Part shown: positions 47,605 through 58,237 of the stretch, piece after piece
How the letters are laid out: every line of letters begins with the position of its first letter
How positions within the stretch are numbered: the first letter of the stretch is position 1
Origin: Candidatus Aenigmatarchaeota archaeon
Lineage (GTDB): Archaea; Aenigmatarchaeota; Aenigmatarchaeia; GW2011-AR5; JACRMX01
Direction: 5' to 3'
DNA: 64,000 nucleotides
Assembly (NCBI GenBank): GCA_018304635.1
Contig: JAGVVW010000001.1
Location: 43,693 to 107,692, forward strand
Notes under the pieces: model-generated
What the model saw: the letters and a program-made list of their open reading frames with translations, nothing else
What the model was told of the DNA's origin: nothing
The model's database searches: none
Translations under genes and position numbers: made by a program

Positions 47605-50600
47605 TTAAGTATTTTCTGTTCTGGATGATACCCAGTACCTTATGATATCAAGCTTTTTCTGAATTTTCCTTAATAATTCTTTTATTGAAGGCTTTGGAAT
47701 ATTGCCGTCTGAATGGATGCCAAAGTCTTCATACCATTCTTTGTAAATGCCGAAAGGTGTGTTGTAAAGCATGTTATAAGGTTCTGATTTTACAGTCATG
47801 GTGATGTTTATGATTTTTGTTTCGTATCCTGAATTTTCAAAGTATATTTCCGGCGACTGATATTTCACGCTTTCTCCAATATAGATATTCTCGCCAAATG
47901 TCCGGATTTTTATAGATTCGTCATTCTTATTAAATGTGCCTACAAAATTTTTCAGGTCAAACGTTGTAACTAATGGCCCTGCTACATGAGTATTATTATA
48001 TATCACAACTTCGGCTTTATACTTGCCTTCGGGTGCCACTAATTTAGTTTCGATATTATTTTCAGCACTTCCTTCGATGAAGATTTCAACAGGTCCGGAT
48101 ATTCTTATGCTAAAATTAACATGGCTTTGATTATAAATATCGGCTGTTATTATGGCAGCATTCCACCAAGTTTCAGTTTCCAAATTACCTATGTCCAAAG
48201 ATCCTGTATAATTTATAATAATTCCAGCATATGACAGTTTTTTGTTTTCTTTGCAATTGACTGGGATTATATATAAATCAAGTACTATACGATTATCGAA
48301 TAGCACATCCTGTGCTGACCAAAACCACGATAAGTTGCATGACAGGTTATCGGTACTGCCCAATGCAGGCAAACTGATATTTTCATGTGACCATATTGCT
48401 GTTGTATTTATTGTGAAATTTGCCTCACTTGGTAAAGTAACACTTCTTTTATACACCGGTATTATGTAAGAATTTTCTTCAAAAATGTAGAAATCCGGCT
48501 TGTCGTCTGCATAAATTTCAAATTCTATAAAACCAAGTTTGTGGTTCCTATTTTCTGATTTTGGTGGAGGATCTATTTTAATTTTAGGATCGCCAAACAT
48601 TACCACACTCTTCTTTTCTTTCAATATGTTTCTGAATCCGGAAATAGCTGTGCTTCCGGTTATCATGTTGTCGGTATTTGTATTGCTGGATTCTATCAGA
48701 ATATTTTTATTTTTCATCAGGGCAACTGACAACGGAATATTCTTAGTAACTGCAGAGGCAAACGAGGCAGCTGGTGCTATTGTAAATGGCGAATTTATTT
48801 TACTGTAATATCCTATAAATATGCCATTACTCAAAGTACTGGCACTGCCATTATCAATTGTAGCGTAAACGATTTGCGGTGTCTTGAAGTTTAAATCAGA
48901 CCAATTGATATATGTATCAGGCAAGACGGATAAGTTTTTATCACCATTAGCAGTGTAAAATACAATGTCATTTTTAGAGAAACTTTTACTTACAAGATCT
49001 TCAGATAGTTCATCTATTTTTGTAAGAGTTCCATCATAGTTCTTCCAGTCGTATTCCAGTATTGCATATTTCACTTCAGCTGCATATTTTATCCACAAAT
49101 AAATGCTGAACAGTGCTGTATCAGTGCCCTCACCAATCATTTCAAATTTAGTAGCTTCATCGCCAGCTATTCCTGTTGTCAGTTCGTCTATATCCATTCC
49201 ACGATGTGTAATGTAACGTTCTACATTAAAATCATGCCATGAAAATATCATGTCAATCAAGAATCCACTAATTTCCCCGCCGGGATATATCAAATCGATT
49301 TTCGGTACAGCGGAATAGTCAGAGAGAACAGCAACACCCTTTTTTTGCGGGTCCCAAAATTCTCCTGAATACAAATGATACGAATTTTTCATTCTAGATG
49401 TGGCAATGTCCATGAAGTCATCATTATCCGTATTGGCGTATATATCGTCAGTTTTCGTTTTGAATATGGTGTCCTCATATTCAGGCAGGCCAATCAGTGC
49501 TGCGTATAAATATCCATCAAATTTATATTTTTTCAACAAACCTGTTTTCATTAAGTGCTGGATTTCATTATGAATAGTTGTGTTTATTTCTCCGATTTTA
49601 TACGGCTTCTCGATTATTATCGGGTATGCTGAATTCTTTTTTGATAATATTGGAATAAGAGCAGAAAGATTGTCCGAAGCATCAGCAATAATGAGGTAAT
49701 CAGTTTCATTAAAGTATCTAATAATATTACTTTCTTCCAAACCTTCATTTTCACTTATGCAAAACTCTTTATTCAATGCTACGACTGCCCTGATTATTGC
49801 ATCTTTTTTATTGCCTGTTATTTTTATACATTCTGATTTAGGAAACTGAATAAAAACATCTTCTCTGGATGAAAACCTATAGGTTCCATTGATCGTTGTA
49901 TGGCCGAGTGTTATTACAATAAAACCTTTTTTTAATCTGAGTATTTTGTCAACTGAATCGTCTTCTATGAATGCGTCAACCCCTGAGCTGGCTGCATAAA
50001 GTGCATTCCAAAAATTATTATCTGTTATTACTATGAAATTTCTATTGGAACTTTTGTATACAAAATCCTGTGTTGCAACTGAATTCCTGTACTGCACAGA
50101 AATTGAAAGGTTTCCTATGATTCTAGGATCATCAAATATCGCTGTGTAATTTCCGTTTCCCGCATCTATAAATGATTTAATAATAACGGTTTCGTTTTCC
50201 ACTGTTATTTTTATATCATCTTTTTTAATGTATTCAACAGGAGCATTTAGCCTGGTTATTGAAAAATTCATTTCAAAATCGCTTCCTGATACAAATGATT
50301 TTATTTCCACTACATCTTTTTCCAGAATGAAATACTTGACAATATTTTTCATAAGCCTTCTGTTGTCATATTCATTTATCCATTGTGTGAATGTCCATTC
50401 ATCAGCAATTACTACAATCCTGTCTTTCCACGAAGCTAATGCTATTCCATTTAAATCCCATGCCAGTGGCAGCGAATTCCATCCAACATCCAGATAATCC
50501 GGACCATTTACGCTAAATTCATTTATACCCTCGGTTATATCATGAGGATGCGCAAAATTCTTTATTAACGCAACATTTCCTGATAGAGATTTTGCCGTTA

Positions 50601-50958
50601 TATTATAATGAGACAATATTGAATTCATGTAAGATGGTGTTGATCCTGTAGTTCCTCCTATGAGTATAACTTTTCCTCCATTATCAATCCACTGATGCAA
50701 TGCTTTGATTTCATATTCTGAATAGCCATTCCATACCTGACTCATGTAAATTTTATAATTTTTCATTGATTCTGATGTCAGTTCATTGCTGTTTCTATCT
50801 ACACGACAACCATATTTTTCGAATTCATTCACCATATCTGTTGGAGCATCACCATGCCTGATATCATTTATTGCACATGCATAAGACAATCCTGATATAA
50901 AGATAAAAGACAATATATACACGATGAAAGTTTTCATCACGAATTTGTAAACCCACAT
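47605..50958 (-). CDS. Large secreted / cell-surface protein (S-layer-like glycoprotein candidate)
   Basis: 1117 aa with N-terminal signal / TM MKTFIVYILSFIFISGLSYACA, dozens of N-x-S/T sequons, and a beta-rich low-complexity composition. Confidence 0.55.
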   Translation of the reverse strand: MWVYKFVMKTFIVYILSFIFISGLSYACAINDIRHGDAPTDMVNEFEKYGCRVDRNSNELTSESMKNYKIYMSQVWNGYSEYEIKALHQWIDNGGKVILIGGTTGSTPSYMNSILSHYNITAKSLSGNVALIKNFAHPHDITEGINEFSVNGPDYLDVGWNSLPLAWDLNGIALASWKDRIVVIADEWTFTQWINEYDNRRLMKNIVKYFILEKDVVEIKSFVSGSDFEMNFSITRLNAPVEYIKKDDIKITVENETVIIKSFIDAGNGNYTAIFDDPRIIGNLSISVQYRNSVATQDFVYKSSNRNFIVITDNNFWNALYAASSGVDAFIEDDSVDKILRLKKGFIVITLGHTTINGTYRFSSREDVFIQFPKSECIKITGNKKDAIIRAVVALNKEFCISENEGLEESNIIRYFNETDYLIIADASDNLSALIPILSKKNSAYPIIIEKPYKIGEINTTIHNEIQHLMKTGLLKKYKFDGYLYAALIGLPEYEDTIFKTKTDDIYANTDNDDFMDIATSRMKNSYHLYSGEFWDPQKKGVAVLSDYSAVPKIDLIYPGGEISGFLIDMIFSWHDFNVERYITHRGMDIDELTTGIAGDEATKFEMIGEGTDTALFSIYLWIKYAAEVKYAILEYDWKNYDGTLTKIDELSEDLVSKSFSKNDIVFYTANGDKNLSVLPDTYINWSDLNFKTPQIVYATIDNGSASTLSNGIFIGYYSKINSPFTIAPAASFASAVTKNIPLSVALMKNKNILIESSNTNTDNMITGSTAISGFRNILKEKKSVVMFGDPKIKIDPPPKSENRNHKLGFIEFEIYADDKPDFYIFEENSYIIPVYKRSVTLPSEANFTINTTAIWSHENISLPALGSTDNLSCNLSWFWSAQDVLFDNRIVLDLYIIPVNCKENKKLSYAGIIINYTGSLDIGNLETETWWNAAIITADIYNQSHVNFSIRISGPVEIFIEGSAENNIETKLVAPEGKYKAEVVIYNNTHVAGPLVTTFDLKNFVGTFNKNDESIKIRTFGENIYIGESVKYQSPEIYFENSGYETKIINITMTVKSEPYNMLYNTPFGIYKEWYEDFGIHSDGNIPKPSIKELLRKIQKKLDIIRYWVSSRTENT

Positions 50959-50996
50959 AGTGTGTATTATGTACGCAAAATATAAAAGCTTATCTT

Positions 50997-52088
50997 TTGA
51001 GTATTATCATGACACATATTCTTACTGTATCGGATGTCTATTATCCAAGGTGTTCCGGAGTTTCTATTTATGTGCAGGAACTGTGTGAAGAGCTGGCGAA
51101 CAGAGGATTTGATATTTCTGTTTATACCCCAACATCCCTCAGAGATTATTATGATACTGTAAAAGGCATAACTGTTAACAGGTTTCATGAAACAGAAATA
51201 TATCGTGCATATAGCATTTCATTACCGCTGTTAAAGTCATTGATGAAACAAAAACCGGATATAATTCACGGACATCACTATGGTTATTTCCCGGCAACAG
51301 CCGGGTTTTTAGCTGCTAAAAAAACCAATGTTCCGTTTGTTTTTTCCACACATTTTCACCCGCCTGTTTACAATCCAATACGCACAGGATTTTTTTATTT
51401 ATATCATTTTACGCAAGGATTGCCTTTGCTTCGTTTTTCAGATGCTGTTTTGCCGCATACAAGTATAGAAAAAACGAATTTATGCAAAATGGGCGCTGTA
51501 GCTGAAAAAATAAAAGTTCTGCCTAGTATTACTGATGTTGAAATTTTCCGAAATAAGCTATCTGGAAAATCAAAAAATCCCATTGTTTTATTTGTCGGGC
51601 CATTAATTTATGAAAAGGGTGCTCATATTTTTATAGATCTTCAGCACAAACTACCAAAAAATGTTCAATATGTTTTTGTGGGTGAGGGATATCTTGAAAA
51701 TGAGATCAGAAAAAAAATTAAAAACAGCAAAATTTTTAATAAGCTGCCTCTTGAAAAACTCATTGAAATATATAACAAAGCCGATATCTTTGTTCTGCCT
51801 TCGATGTACGAAGCATTTGGCAGAGTTCTCACAGAGGCACAAGCCTGCGAAGTTCCTGTAGTTTCTACCAGAGCCGGAGGAATCCCGGAGGTTGTTATTC
51901 ATAATAAAACAGGGTATCTTGTTAATTATGGTGAATGGGAACTAATGGCTGAATATATCAAAAAATTACTGGATGACAGCGGGCTGAGAAGAAGAATAGG
52001 ATATGAAGGAAGAAAACATGTTGTGAAAAGCTTTTCAAAGAAGGTTGTTGTTGACAAACTGGTCAAAATTTATGAGAGGTTGCTTTAG
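50997..52088 (+). CDS. Glycosyltransferase family 4 (GT-B)
   Basis: EAFGRVLTEAQACEVPVVSTRAGGIPEVV is the GT4 EX7E region. Confidence 0.8.
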   Translation: MSIIMTHILTVSDVYYPRCSGVSIYVQELCEELANRGFDISVYTPTSLRDYYDTVKGITVNRFHETEIYRAYSISLPLLKSLMKQKPDIIHGHHYGYFPATAGFLAAKKTNVPFVFSTHFHPPVYNPIRTGFFYLYHFTQGLPLLRFSDAVLPHTSIEKTNLCKMGAVAEKIKVLPSITDVEIFRNKLSGKSKNPIVLFVGPLIYEKGAHIFIDLQHKLPKNVQYVFVGEGYLENEIRKKIKNSKIFNKLPLEKLIEIYNKADIFVLPSMYEAFGRVLTEAQACEVPVVSTRAGGIPEVVIHNKTGYLVNYGEWELMAEYIKKLLDDSGLRRRIGYEGRKHVVKSFSKKVVVDKLVKIYERLL

Positions 52089-52435
52089 TCGTTCTATACT
52101 TCATCACAGTTATGAAAGAAGTTCTATGGGCAGATGATGAAAATGATAAAGAGATAAATAAAAGAAATAAGAGCGATATTCATAATTCTCAGCTATGGCA
52201 CAGAGGCATACATATTTTCCTTTTCGATGATAAAGAAAAAATTATTCAGAATCCTGAAATCTTTACAAGATAGTTCAGGTAAATGTTGAAATGGTATTTA
52301 GGAATGAAATCTGATGTAATCTGAATTTCCAAAATGTCAAAGTACTACTATCGAGACAAATTAATTACTAGACATAATTATAACTTACCAACTTGGCATT
52401 GCGAAGCAATGCCTTTCGTTACGGGATGGACTACG

Positions 52436-53212
52436 CTAATAGTGTGTAATAATTTCGTTTGTAGTGTAACCGTACATGTTTCCGGACTCAGCTATTTTCG
52501 GAAAAACATCAGTTTCAAGCATCATGAAACCTTTTCTCATATAATCAAATACTTTCGGACTCATTATGTAGACACCGGCATTTGCCAATGATGCATCGGG
52601 TTTTTTAAGCTTTTCAGTGAATGAAATTATCCTGCTTCCTTGAATGCTGACTGATCCTGACTTGCTCAAATCAGCTTCAGGCTTTAAAAGCATTGTAATA
52701 ATTGCGTCATGATCCATGTGAAATCTGTGAATTCCCTTTATATCAAAATTCGACAGGGTGTCTACATTAATAACGATAAAATTTTCATTTAAAGAGTTTC
52801 TAAGTTTGTATACAGAGCCTGCAGTTCCCATCATTTTATCGTCTTCTGAAAAAACAACATTCATGCTGGTTTTTATATTATTAACAGAATCCCTTATGGC
52901 TGTATCATTGCTGTTTATACACAGAAAAACTTTTTTTATTCCCTGATTTTCCAACATCTTTAATTGATGATATATTACTGGAAATCCTTTGATGGTCATC
53001 AGGGCTTTGCTGGTATCTTTTCCACCCGCGAGTATTACACAACTTTCAAGTGATTTTTCGCCCATACCTTTCAACAAAAGATGTTCGATGACATGCGATC
53101 TATTTCTCAATGAACTACCATCTATCATAGAATCTATTCTGTCCAGAGTGCTCTTTGACATTATTATTGTTATACGTTCTTTCTCCATGTTAATAATTGA
53201 CCATAGAAACAT
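52436..53212 (-). CDS. Sugar-phosphate nucleotidyltransferase with an N-terminal ribbon-helix-helix domain
   Basis: The N-terminus ITIIMSKSTLDRIDSMI..SHVIEHLL is RHH-like. ILAGGKDTS...GFPVI then follows as an NTP-transferase glycine-rich loop. Confidence 0.55.
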   Translation of the reverse strand: MFLWSIINMEKERITIIMSKSTLDRIDSMIDGSSLRNRSHVIEHLLLKGMGEKSLESCVILAGGKDTSKALMTIKGFPVIYHQLKMLENQGIKKVFLCINSNDTAIRDSVNNIKTSMNVVFSEDDKMMGTAGSVYKLRNSLNENFIVINVDTLSNFDIKGIHRFHMDHDAIITMLLKPEADLSKSGSVSIQGSRIISFTEKLKKPDASLANAGVYIMSPKVFDYMRKGFMMLETDVFPKIAESGNMYGYTTNEIITHY

Positions 53213-53319
53213 ATAAATAGTTTTTCATACGAAATCATATTAAGTATGAAAAAGTATGATTAACATTGATGCAAATCAGATACCAGTGATAAATCATATC
53301 CAGATTTTGGTGAAGCAAA

Positions 53320-54075
53320 ATGACTTCAGAAAACAAAAATATTCAGGTTGTTTTTAATGCAGGTGGATTAGGTACGAGATTACGGCCGCTTACTTACTAT
53401 ATAACAAAGGCAATGGTTCCTGTCTTAGGAAAGCCTTTTCTTTTTTATCAGCTGGAACTGCTGAAAAAACACGGATTTACCAGATTTCTGATGTGCGTTG
53501 GATATAAATGCGATCAAATAAAAGGATTTTTTGGCGACGGCAGCAGATTCGGAGCTTCAATTAATTATTCAGAAGAGCCAGAACCATTAGGAACAGGTGG
53601 GTCATTGAAATACGCTGAAAAATTTCTGGATGATGTTTTTCTATTATTGCCTGCTGATACTTTATTGGATATAAATTTCAATGCTCTTATTGATCAGCAC
53701 CGTCTTTTTAATCCTACAGCTACTATGACCCTGATAAAAAAACAAGATCCATCACAATATGGTGTGGCTGTTTTGAACGGAAATCAAAGGATTATAAAAT
53801 TCGTTGAAAAACCAAAGAATTTTATCGGCAATAATACAAATGCAGGTGCAATAATACTTAATAAAAAAATTCTAAATTATATACAACCTAATAAATTAGT
53901 TTCTATTGAAAAAGATGTCTATCCTATTCTTGTTGAGGAAGGAAAAATGCAGAGCTTTGTTATTGATGAAACCTATCATCTGGATATAGGTGTTCCTGAG
54001 CGCTATAAACAATTTCATGAAGATATTTTGACAGGGAAGGTGATTTGTGATGCGGATGGATGCAAGGGATCATAA
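53320..54075 (+). CDS. Sugar-1-phosphate nucleotidyltransferase (NTP_transferase family)
   Basis: FNAGGLGTRLRPLTYYITKAMVPV signature; 251 aa. Confidence 0.75.
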   Translation: MTSENKNIQVVFNAGGLGTRLRPLTYYITKAMVPVLGKPFLFYQLELLKKHGFTRFLMCVGYKCDQIKGFFGDGSRFGASINYSEEPEPLGTGGSLKYAEKFLDDVFLLLPADTLLDINFNALIDQHRLFNPTATMTLIKKQDPSQYGVAVLNGNQRIIKFVEKPKNFIGNNTNAGAIILNKKILNYIQPNKLVSIEKDVYPILVEEGKMQSFVIDETYHLDIGVPERYKQFHEDILTGKVICDADGCKGS

Positions 54076-55222
54076 AGGAAAAATTTTTGGATTATATCCT
54101 AATGGGGATATGGAAAGTATTATAGGAGTTGTTAGTGGGCACTATAGAATATCCGCACTTCCGGGAACGCGTGATATTCCAGGTATGTTAGAAATTCTTG
54201 CTGAATCAGGAAATGCTCCTGAACTTTCATCTACTGTAACTTTTACAGCTAATAAAAGAACAAAACTTTATGCTGTCCCCAGTGATTGCAATATGTTTGT
54301 TCACAGGTTTCCTGATGGAACAATGCCTCCTGAGGAATATGACAGTGAATGGTCTGGAAAGACATTAATAGATACTGTAACAAATGGCATGGAACTCGAA
54401 CATGTAAAATTTATTGCTACATATGATATGTTACCGAGAGCAGGACTTGGTGGCAGTGGTTGTCTTGCAGCATGTATTGTGAGAGCATCATTAAATATTC
54501 GTTATAATATTAGTTCAGAAAATGCATTAAATCTAGATGCTCTTGATAGATATCCTGCAGTCAGAGAAATATTTGAAAAAGGACGTGATTTCAGAGATTT
54601 GGGAGCAGCGCATCTTGCTGCTAAACTTGAAAACGAAAGTTATAGAACAGGCTGCTTAGATGCAGTATCCAGTTTGCCAACCGGTAATGTAAATCATTTT
54701 GAATTTCATGATGATCATTTGCCTGATGTTAAACATATACCAGAAGTTGCTCATCATATAAATTATAGAATGATGATATGTCTCGTCGGGAAACTTCATG
54801 ATAGTGTTAAATTGAATGACGGTAAATTATATGATGTCAGGGCAAGGCCAAAAGAATGGCGCAGGGACATAGAAGATACAAGCAAATATGCTGAACTTAT
54901 ACATGATTTAGAAAACTGGCATGAAATTGTGGGTTTTCTTAGAGAGGTCTATGACAGAAGAGTATTTGCATACGAAGCTGCAGGAACTACCTATGAAACT
55001 CCTGCCCAGAAAAGAATTGCTGATTTTGTTTATGAAAGAGGCGGGGCAGTGCGCGGAATGGGAGCTGGCGGAACTGTTTGCGGTGCGTTTTTTTTAGACT
55101 ATGATGATTTACTGGAAGCATATGAAAGATTTGGACACGATAATGATGTTAAAATACTCGACATTAAAATAAGGGAAGATTCAAACCACTATACACATCA
55201 AAAGCTTTCCAATAATTTATAA
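54047..55222 (+). CDS. GHMP-kinase-like protein
   Basis: LPRAGLGGSGCLAACIV resembles the GHMP motif PxGSGLGSSAA; 391 aa; overlaps the upstream NTase gene. Confidence 0.45.
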   Translation: MMRMDARDHKGKIFGLYPNGDMESIIGVVSGHYRISALPGTRDIPGMLEILAESGNAPELSSTVTFTANKRTKLYAVPSDCNMFVHRFPDGTMPPEEYDSEWSGKTLIDTVTNGMELEHVKFIATYDMLPRAGLGGSGCLAACIVRASLNIRYNISSENALNLDALDRYPAVREIFEKGRDFRDLGAAHLAAKLENESYRTGCLDAVSSLPTGNVNHFEFHDDHLPDVKHIPEVAHHINYRMMICLVGKLHDSVKLNDGKLYDVRARPKEWRRDIEDTSKYAELIHDLENWHEIVGFLREVYDRRVFAYEAAGTTYETPAQKRIADFVYERGGAVRGMGAGGTVCGAFFLDYDDLLEAYERFGHDNDVKILDIKIREDSNHYTHQKLSNNL

Positions 55223-55657
55223 TGAAGCTACTTTCTGGTATAATTTTTTTATAATATCCCTTCCACACACGTCCCAAAATTCTATAATTTCCTTTGCCTG
55301 TGCAACTGAAATTTTAAATCCCCTGTAATTTGCGTCATTTCTTATTTTTTTAAATCTTGAAAGATGATTTAACTTTATTTTATCTTTAATGTTCATTTCC
55401 TTAAGAATTTCAAGGCTTATTTCATGATTAAGCGGTTCGAATCCATTCAGCCACCAATAAGCATCCCCCAACTGTCTTATTGATTCATATATCTCCCTGA
55501 AAATAACCGTTGCACTATCTTCGATTAAGGTTATGTTTCTCACAACACCTGCATTTGTTTCAGCAGATTTTACAATAGATTTCACCCTTTCTTTGTCTAC
55601 CTGGCGTATTCTAAGCTGTCCTGAAGACATCATAAAATCCATATATTCTTTTTTCAC
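55217..55657 (-). CDS. HEPN-like domain protein (partner of the upstream MNT)
   Basis: Helical 146-aa protein with RNDANYRG (R-x4-Y in place of R-x4-6-H), overlapping the MNT gene by 4 nt. Confidence 0.45.
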   Translation of the reverse strand: MKKEYMDFMMSSGQLRIRQVDKERVKSIVKSAETNAGVVRNITLIEDSATVIFREIYESIRQLGDAYWWLNGFEPLNHEISLEILKEMNIKDKIKLNHLSRFKKIRNDANYRGFKISVAQAKEIIEFWDVCGRDIIKKLYQKVASL

Positions 55658-56238
55658 GGTCTTACCTCCAAAAATCCTGATAAAACAATGCCGTTTGCAA
55701 AGTTATTAAATACATTAATATCCACAATATGCTTGTTGAATAGGTGAATCTGTATTTTTCTGCCAATTGCGTTTTCAAATTTACTTAAATGCTTTCTGAC
55801 TATTAATTTATAATCTTCAATCTCATCAATTTCTATTGCAATGTCTACATCCGAGTCTGAAATGTCATCACCTTTTCTAAAACTTCCAAATAGAATTACG
55901 GCTTTTGGGTTATTATAGTATTCGTTGACAAATTCTATCAAACCGCTTTGATATAATGAATTGAGGTTGTATATTATCTTGTTTTTTATAAAATTCTGAC
56001 TAGTTTGGTTTGCTTTAATTCTCCATATTTTGCTTAATTTTATTATTTTAATAAATTCAATTTTATACAATTCATCAAGAATTTTTCCCATATTTGCTTT
56101 AGCTACACCTGCTTCTTTTGCCAGGTCACTGAGGCTAAATTCTTTTTCTGGAAATAGGAATAATACTTCAGCTACTTTTTGTATACTGGTTTCAATATAT
56201 AACTTACGATATACTTTATTACCGTTCGGTTTTTTCAT
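55654..56238 (-). CDS. Nucleotidyltransferase (MNT-type) with N-terminal wHTH
   Basis: AVILFGSFRKGDDISDSDVDIAIEID. Confidence 0.6.
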   Translation of the reverse strand: MKKPNGNKVYRKLYIETSIQKVAEVLFLFPEKEFSLSDLAKEAGVAKANMGKILDELYKIEFIKIIKLSKIWRIKANQTSQNFIKNKIIYNLNSLYQSGLIEFVNEYYNNPKAVILFGSFRKGDDISDSDVDIAIEIDEIEDYKLIVRKHLSKFENAIGRKIQIHLFNKHIVDINVFNNFANGIVLSGFLEVRP

Positions 56239-56342
56239 ATAACATACGTTATATATAAGAACCTTTAAAAGCTTTTAATTATATTAATGAGCCTTTTTGG
56301 AGAATAAAAATTTATAACTACCAAAAACCCTCGGGAAAAATA

Positions 56343-57362
56343 TTATAATATCAATCCAACATTCTTCAAAATTTCCTTGGCCATTTTTTCATCAATATTA
56401 TATCTGTCCAGTATTGTGTAGCGTGGATAGCCGCGAATGTTGCGAGCCATTACAAGGGCTTTGATGAGCATATCCGACTTGACACCAAGTTCCTTTGCTG
56501 TTAATTTGATGCCAATATCTTTCAAAACTTTCCTGATATTTTTCCAGTTGTTGTTCTGAAGATAGCACGATATTAAGCAGCCCAATCCGGCCTGAACACC
56601 GTGCAACAGAGGAGAATTTAATTTTTCCAGCGCATGCGAGAAATTATGTTCACTGCCTGATCCGGGCCTGCTGTTACCATTAATATTCATTGCAATTCCT
56701 GAACATATCAATGACCATGTTAAAATATTTATTCCATTTTCCGTGTGATTTTTTATTTCATCTACATGGCTAATGACAGCTTTGCTTGCAACCAGTGCAA
56801 GTTCAGCAGCTACAGTATTATAATCTTCTCCAAGTTCAGCGCCGAGTTTCCAGTCTTCAACAGAAGAAATATTTGAAACAACATCAGCAGTACCAGCTGC
56901 TGTGTATTGATAAGGAGAATTTTTTATTATTGTAGTGTCTACAATAACAGCTATTGGTTCTTTGGCATTAACTGTTATTTTATCATTTCTTTCGGTTATT
57001 GCTGCTCTTGAAGATACTATACCATCATGACTCAAAATTGTTGGGAAAGAGATCCATTCTTTTTTGCTTAGATATCCCATGTATTTTGCGATGTCAATTG
57101 TTCTGCCACCGCCTATACCTATAACTGTACTGATGCCTGAATTTTTCAGCGATGAAGCGCATTTTTTAATATAATCCATTTCCATTGATTCCGGAAATAA
57201 TATGTCAGAATTTGTCTGTTTTGCGATTTTTTTTCCGACGATGTTCATTGTTTTTGAACAAACAACATAATACGGTCCGCTGATGCGCATTTCTTCCAGA
57301 CTGTTTTTCACACCTTTCTGTGCATCGGGCTTTATGCACACGCCAACAGGCAGTCTTATCAT
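56343..57362 (-). CDS. egsA: Glycerol-1-phosphate dehydrogenase (EgsA)
   Basis: Iron-ADH / DHQS-like fold, GIGGGRTIDIAKY nucleotide-binding loop, 339 aa, archaeal context. Confidence 0.7.
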   Translation of the reverse strand: MIRLPVGVCIKPDAQKGVKNSLEEMRISGPYYVVCSKTMNIVGKKIAKQTNSDILFPESMEMDYIKKCASSLKNSGISTVIGIGGGRTIDIAKYMGYLSKKEWISFPTILSHDGIVSSRAAITERNDKITVNAKEPIAVIVDTTIIKNSPYQYTAAGTADVVSNISSVEDWKLGAELGEDYNTVAAELALVASKAVISHVDEIKNHTENGINILTWSLICSGIAMNINGNSRPGSGSEHNFSHALEKLNSPLLHGVQAGLGCLISCYLQNNNWKNIRKVLKDIGIKLTAKELGVKSDMLIKALVMARNIRGYPRYTILDRYNIDEKMAKEILKNVGLIL

Positions 57363-57531
57363 AAAAGAAATAATACAACTGTTCTTAAATAATCACATTT
57401 CTGGTTTAAATATTTAATTTGAAAGACCTGTTTACAGGCATGATGTTTATGCTGGTGCTTTAGTTGGCGATGCTGATCCTATCGGAGTTTCGAGAGAAGA
57501 TTTTACTGAATATATAACAAATCTTAAATTA

Positions 57532-58224
57532 ATGGTACTTGAAGGGAAACCCGTACGAGACCCAAGAGCAGAAAAATTCAGAACATTCTGTCAAGAAACA
57601 TTTAATCAGATCTTAGAAGATGCTGAATTGATAGATAAAATGGGAGAGACTTATGCCCCTTTGTCTGATGAGCAATATGAAACTATCAAACGCAGAAATA
57701 GCGAATTTGATGATAGTATAGAGATATATAGAAGGCGAGCTTATTGTCCCGAAATAAATCTCGAATATAGATTTACTTTTTCAGAACAAAAAAGAGATAT
57801 TCCACTTACTGAACAAGCAACACTTCAGTGCATTTTAGATCCTTCGCGTGGTTCAGAGGAAGATATCAGAATAAAGCATAGGCGTGATTTCATCATTTGT
57901 ATAAATGTTGTTGGCAGGGCGTATATAACTGATTTAACAGTACCCAATGATCCGGATGGGATTGATGATGATCGGGTTCTTGCTGCATTTACTGAAAAAG
58001 TAGCATGTGGTCAGTTCAGTGGTTTGTCTGAAGGTATTGATCATGTTCTTAATGCATTTGGCAGAAATGTACGGAAAAACAGAGAATTATATCTACGGCA
58101 ATTAAGATTACCGGAGGATGAAGTCCAGTTGCGGCTTGAAGTATATGACAAACTTTTACAAATGGATTATGATCCTGAAAAGACAGCACAAACCATGATG
58201 TGTTTTCTTAATCCTTTTAAGTAA
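57532..58224 (+). CDS. Hypothetical acidic protein
   Basis: 230 aa, no motif recognised. Confidence 0.35.
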   Translation: MVLEGKPVRDPRAEKFRTFCQETFNQILEDAELIDKMGETYAPLSDEQYETIKRRNSEFDDSIEIYRRRAYCPEINLEYRFTFSEQKRDIPLTEQATLQCILDPSRGSEEDIRIKHRRDFIICINVVGRAYITDLTVPNDPDGIDDDRVLAAFTEKVACGQFSGLSEGIDHVLNAFGRNVRKNRELYLRQLRLPEDEVQLRLEVYDKLLQMDYDPEKTAQTMMCFLNPFK

Positions 58225-58237
58225 ACCGGAATAGTAA

